Source: Pocillopora damicornis (Eukaryota). Taken from it: a DNA stretch of 64,000 nt. The notes below the pieces were generated by a model that saw only the letters and a program-made list of their open reading frames with translations, did no database searches and had not been told where the DNA came from. The first letter of the stretch is position 1, and every line of letters starts with the position of its first letter. The stretch lies in assembly GCF_003704095.1 (NCBI RefSeq), contig NW_020844410.1:62001-126000 (forward strand). Reading direction: 5' to 3'. The position numbers and the translations under genes are program-made. Positions 62,401 to 64,000 of the stretch are shown here, in pieces.

Positions 62401-63645
62401 TATGTGTGAGGAGCTTTTTCATTTTCAATGAAGTGATGTCGAATACACCATCTAACCAAAACATTTGTATCAATTAAGGTCAGTGTATGGCTTCCAAGAT
62501 GTATGTTGATCAACTGAAAGATGTCCTGGTGCATTCGACTTCAAAAAAGGTTGCAGGATTCATAGCTGAGCCTATTCAGGTCAGAATGCTTTTCCCAACT
62601 TCTGAGTCGTTTACGTAGTAGTTACGAACATTTTCCGACTTGACATAAAAAAATTTTGTATGGATGACGTAGATGTGTTTGGATACCAGCGCCCCATCTG
62701 ATTGGTTGTTTCTTGCGAAGCGAAGCGAAAACCATACTACAGCCAATGGTTGTTCTTTATTTTGGCCTTATTTTGAGCATGTAACATATGTAGGTTCTTA
62801 AATTGAGCGACGATTTACTCAAGTTTACGGTGGCCAATTTACGTTTTCAACTCAGTTGTTAGCTCTAAGTTACCNNNNNNNNNNNNNNNNNNNNNNNNNN
62901 NNNNNNNNNNNNNNNNNNNNNNNNNNNNNNNNNNNNNNNNNNNNNNNNNNNNNNNNNNNNNNNNNNNNNNNNNNAAGATTTACTTTCATTGGCCAATATT
63001 TAGCTGAATAAAGCCTATTTCAATTCTGATTGGTCAGAAATGTGCTGCGGCTGGTGGCTCCTCAGATTTCCCGCCATTTAATGATGCATGCGCAGCGGAT
63101 GGAGTCTGCTATTTGCTTGGTGTTACGTAGTCAGATCGGCACCAGATCTCTTTTTAACTTTCCTCGTTTTTTTGTTGATTCTTCAATCGGATTTGCCGGA
63201 GATGTTTATCGAAGTGAATTTTTTTTCCGTATTTCTTTGCTGTAATTTCTCTTTAACCAAAGATTTGACCAAGCAGCCAACTTTTTCTTCCCTAAGGCTA
63301 TTGATGAAGACGGTGTACAAAAGAACTGTGAGGTCGTGGGAACATACTTCTTAGAAGAACTGCTTCAACTTAAGAAAGAGTTCCCGGATGTAATCGGTGA
63401 CGTCAGAGGGAAGGGTTTGATGATTGGCGTTGAGTTTGTCACAGATAAGGTGAGAGTTCAATTTATTCTCCATTATTTGGGTGGGAATATGAATCATTCT
63501 ACGGTCTTAAACATTTAAGAACGCGAAGATCGTTTTTATTTCCTAGGAATCAAAGACACCTTTGCCTCCCGAGAAGTTCGTCCCAATCTGGGAAGACTGT
63601 AAAGACATGGGAGTTCTTGTCGGAAAGGGTGGACTGTATGGAAAT
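56480..63645 (+). CDS. AGXT2: Alanine-glyoxylate aminotransferase 2, mitochondrial (class III PLP aminotransferase); internal exons lost in a gap, 3' end beyond the window
   Basis: Exons 56480-56573, 58159-58238, 59012-59104, 59601-59692, 60097-60220, 61278-61372, 61849-61942, 62072-62137, 62330-62357, 62479-62579, [gap], 63297-63449, 63547-63645. Motifs [95 protein letters not shown]. Confidence 0.93.
61400..61605. mobile_element. Reverse-oriented copy of the 50870-51080 MITE in an AGXT2 intron
   Basis: Its 3' end gaagttacatgttaatcacttctgggagttgaagggttga is the approximate reverse complement of the 50870 start. Confidence 0.6.
62875..62974. other. 100-N assembly gap of unknown true size inside AGXT2
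   Basis: Exactly 100 N; conserved AGXT2 exons are missing here. Confidence 0.99.
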
Positions 63646-64000
63646 GTAAGTACTCACTTTAGAGATATTAATATCATCCTTGTCCTTTGTCTTTGTCGTT
63701 GCTTTGATAATTTAGTTTTGTTCCCATTAGACGAGTATCACTCTCGTTATACGTTGATTCGAATTCAAATAATTTCTGGTACACAGTGCCTGTCTCAGTC
63801 TTCTCTTCTTCAATTCATGGCATCTGCTGTATGACAGCGCAGCTCATTTTGTTGCCCGCCCTCACGCACGCACGCACTTGCCTCAAGGGTTGAAACAAAC
63901 GACTTCCTTATTTTTTATAAGAATTTGGTTTTCAACTGATGGGTGTTTCAGTAGATTCTTGTGCTTAAATTAAGACATTTTTTAATATTTTTTTGCCTTA

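Noticed and set aside
1-64000. CRISPR arrays, prokaryotic operons, tRNA or rRNA genes
   Set aside because: The sequence is spliceosomal-intron eukaryotic DNA. I saw no repeat-spacer array or recognisable tRNA/rRNA, though I could not run covariance searches.

Overview
This is AT-rich, intron-containing animal genomic DNA with four N-gaps. The gene content and repeat families suggest a cnidarian, probably a stony coral, but that is inference. The left 36 kb is a head-to-tail minus-strand tandem array of anoctamin/TMEM16 paralogs: four complete intact genes (4577-8792, 11122-16098, 22023-28061, 30142-36391), the first exon of a fifth gene running off the left edge (239-520), and one extra intact first exon (18140-18436) with no gene body of its own. 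The paralogs differ at the Ca2+-binding and pore residues and carry different N-terminal sorting-signal-like motifs. The right side holds a mitochondrial PPR protein (PTCD1-like, +), a much-expanded SKAP1/2-type adaptor (-), a DXO/Rai1 decapping exoribonuclease with a long charged tail (+, head-to-head with SKAP), and AGXT2 (+, incomplete). Repeats include a deleted Crypton/DUF3504 element, long-hairpin element ends, TTAA-ended MITEs, a hAT-like MITE and Penelope-type minimal hammerhead remnants. All exon boundaries were read by hand from GT/AG sites and checked for phase; none is transcript-confirmed.
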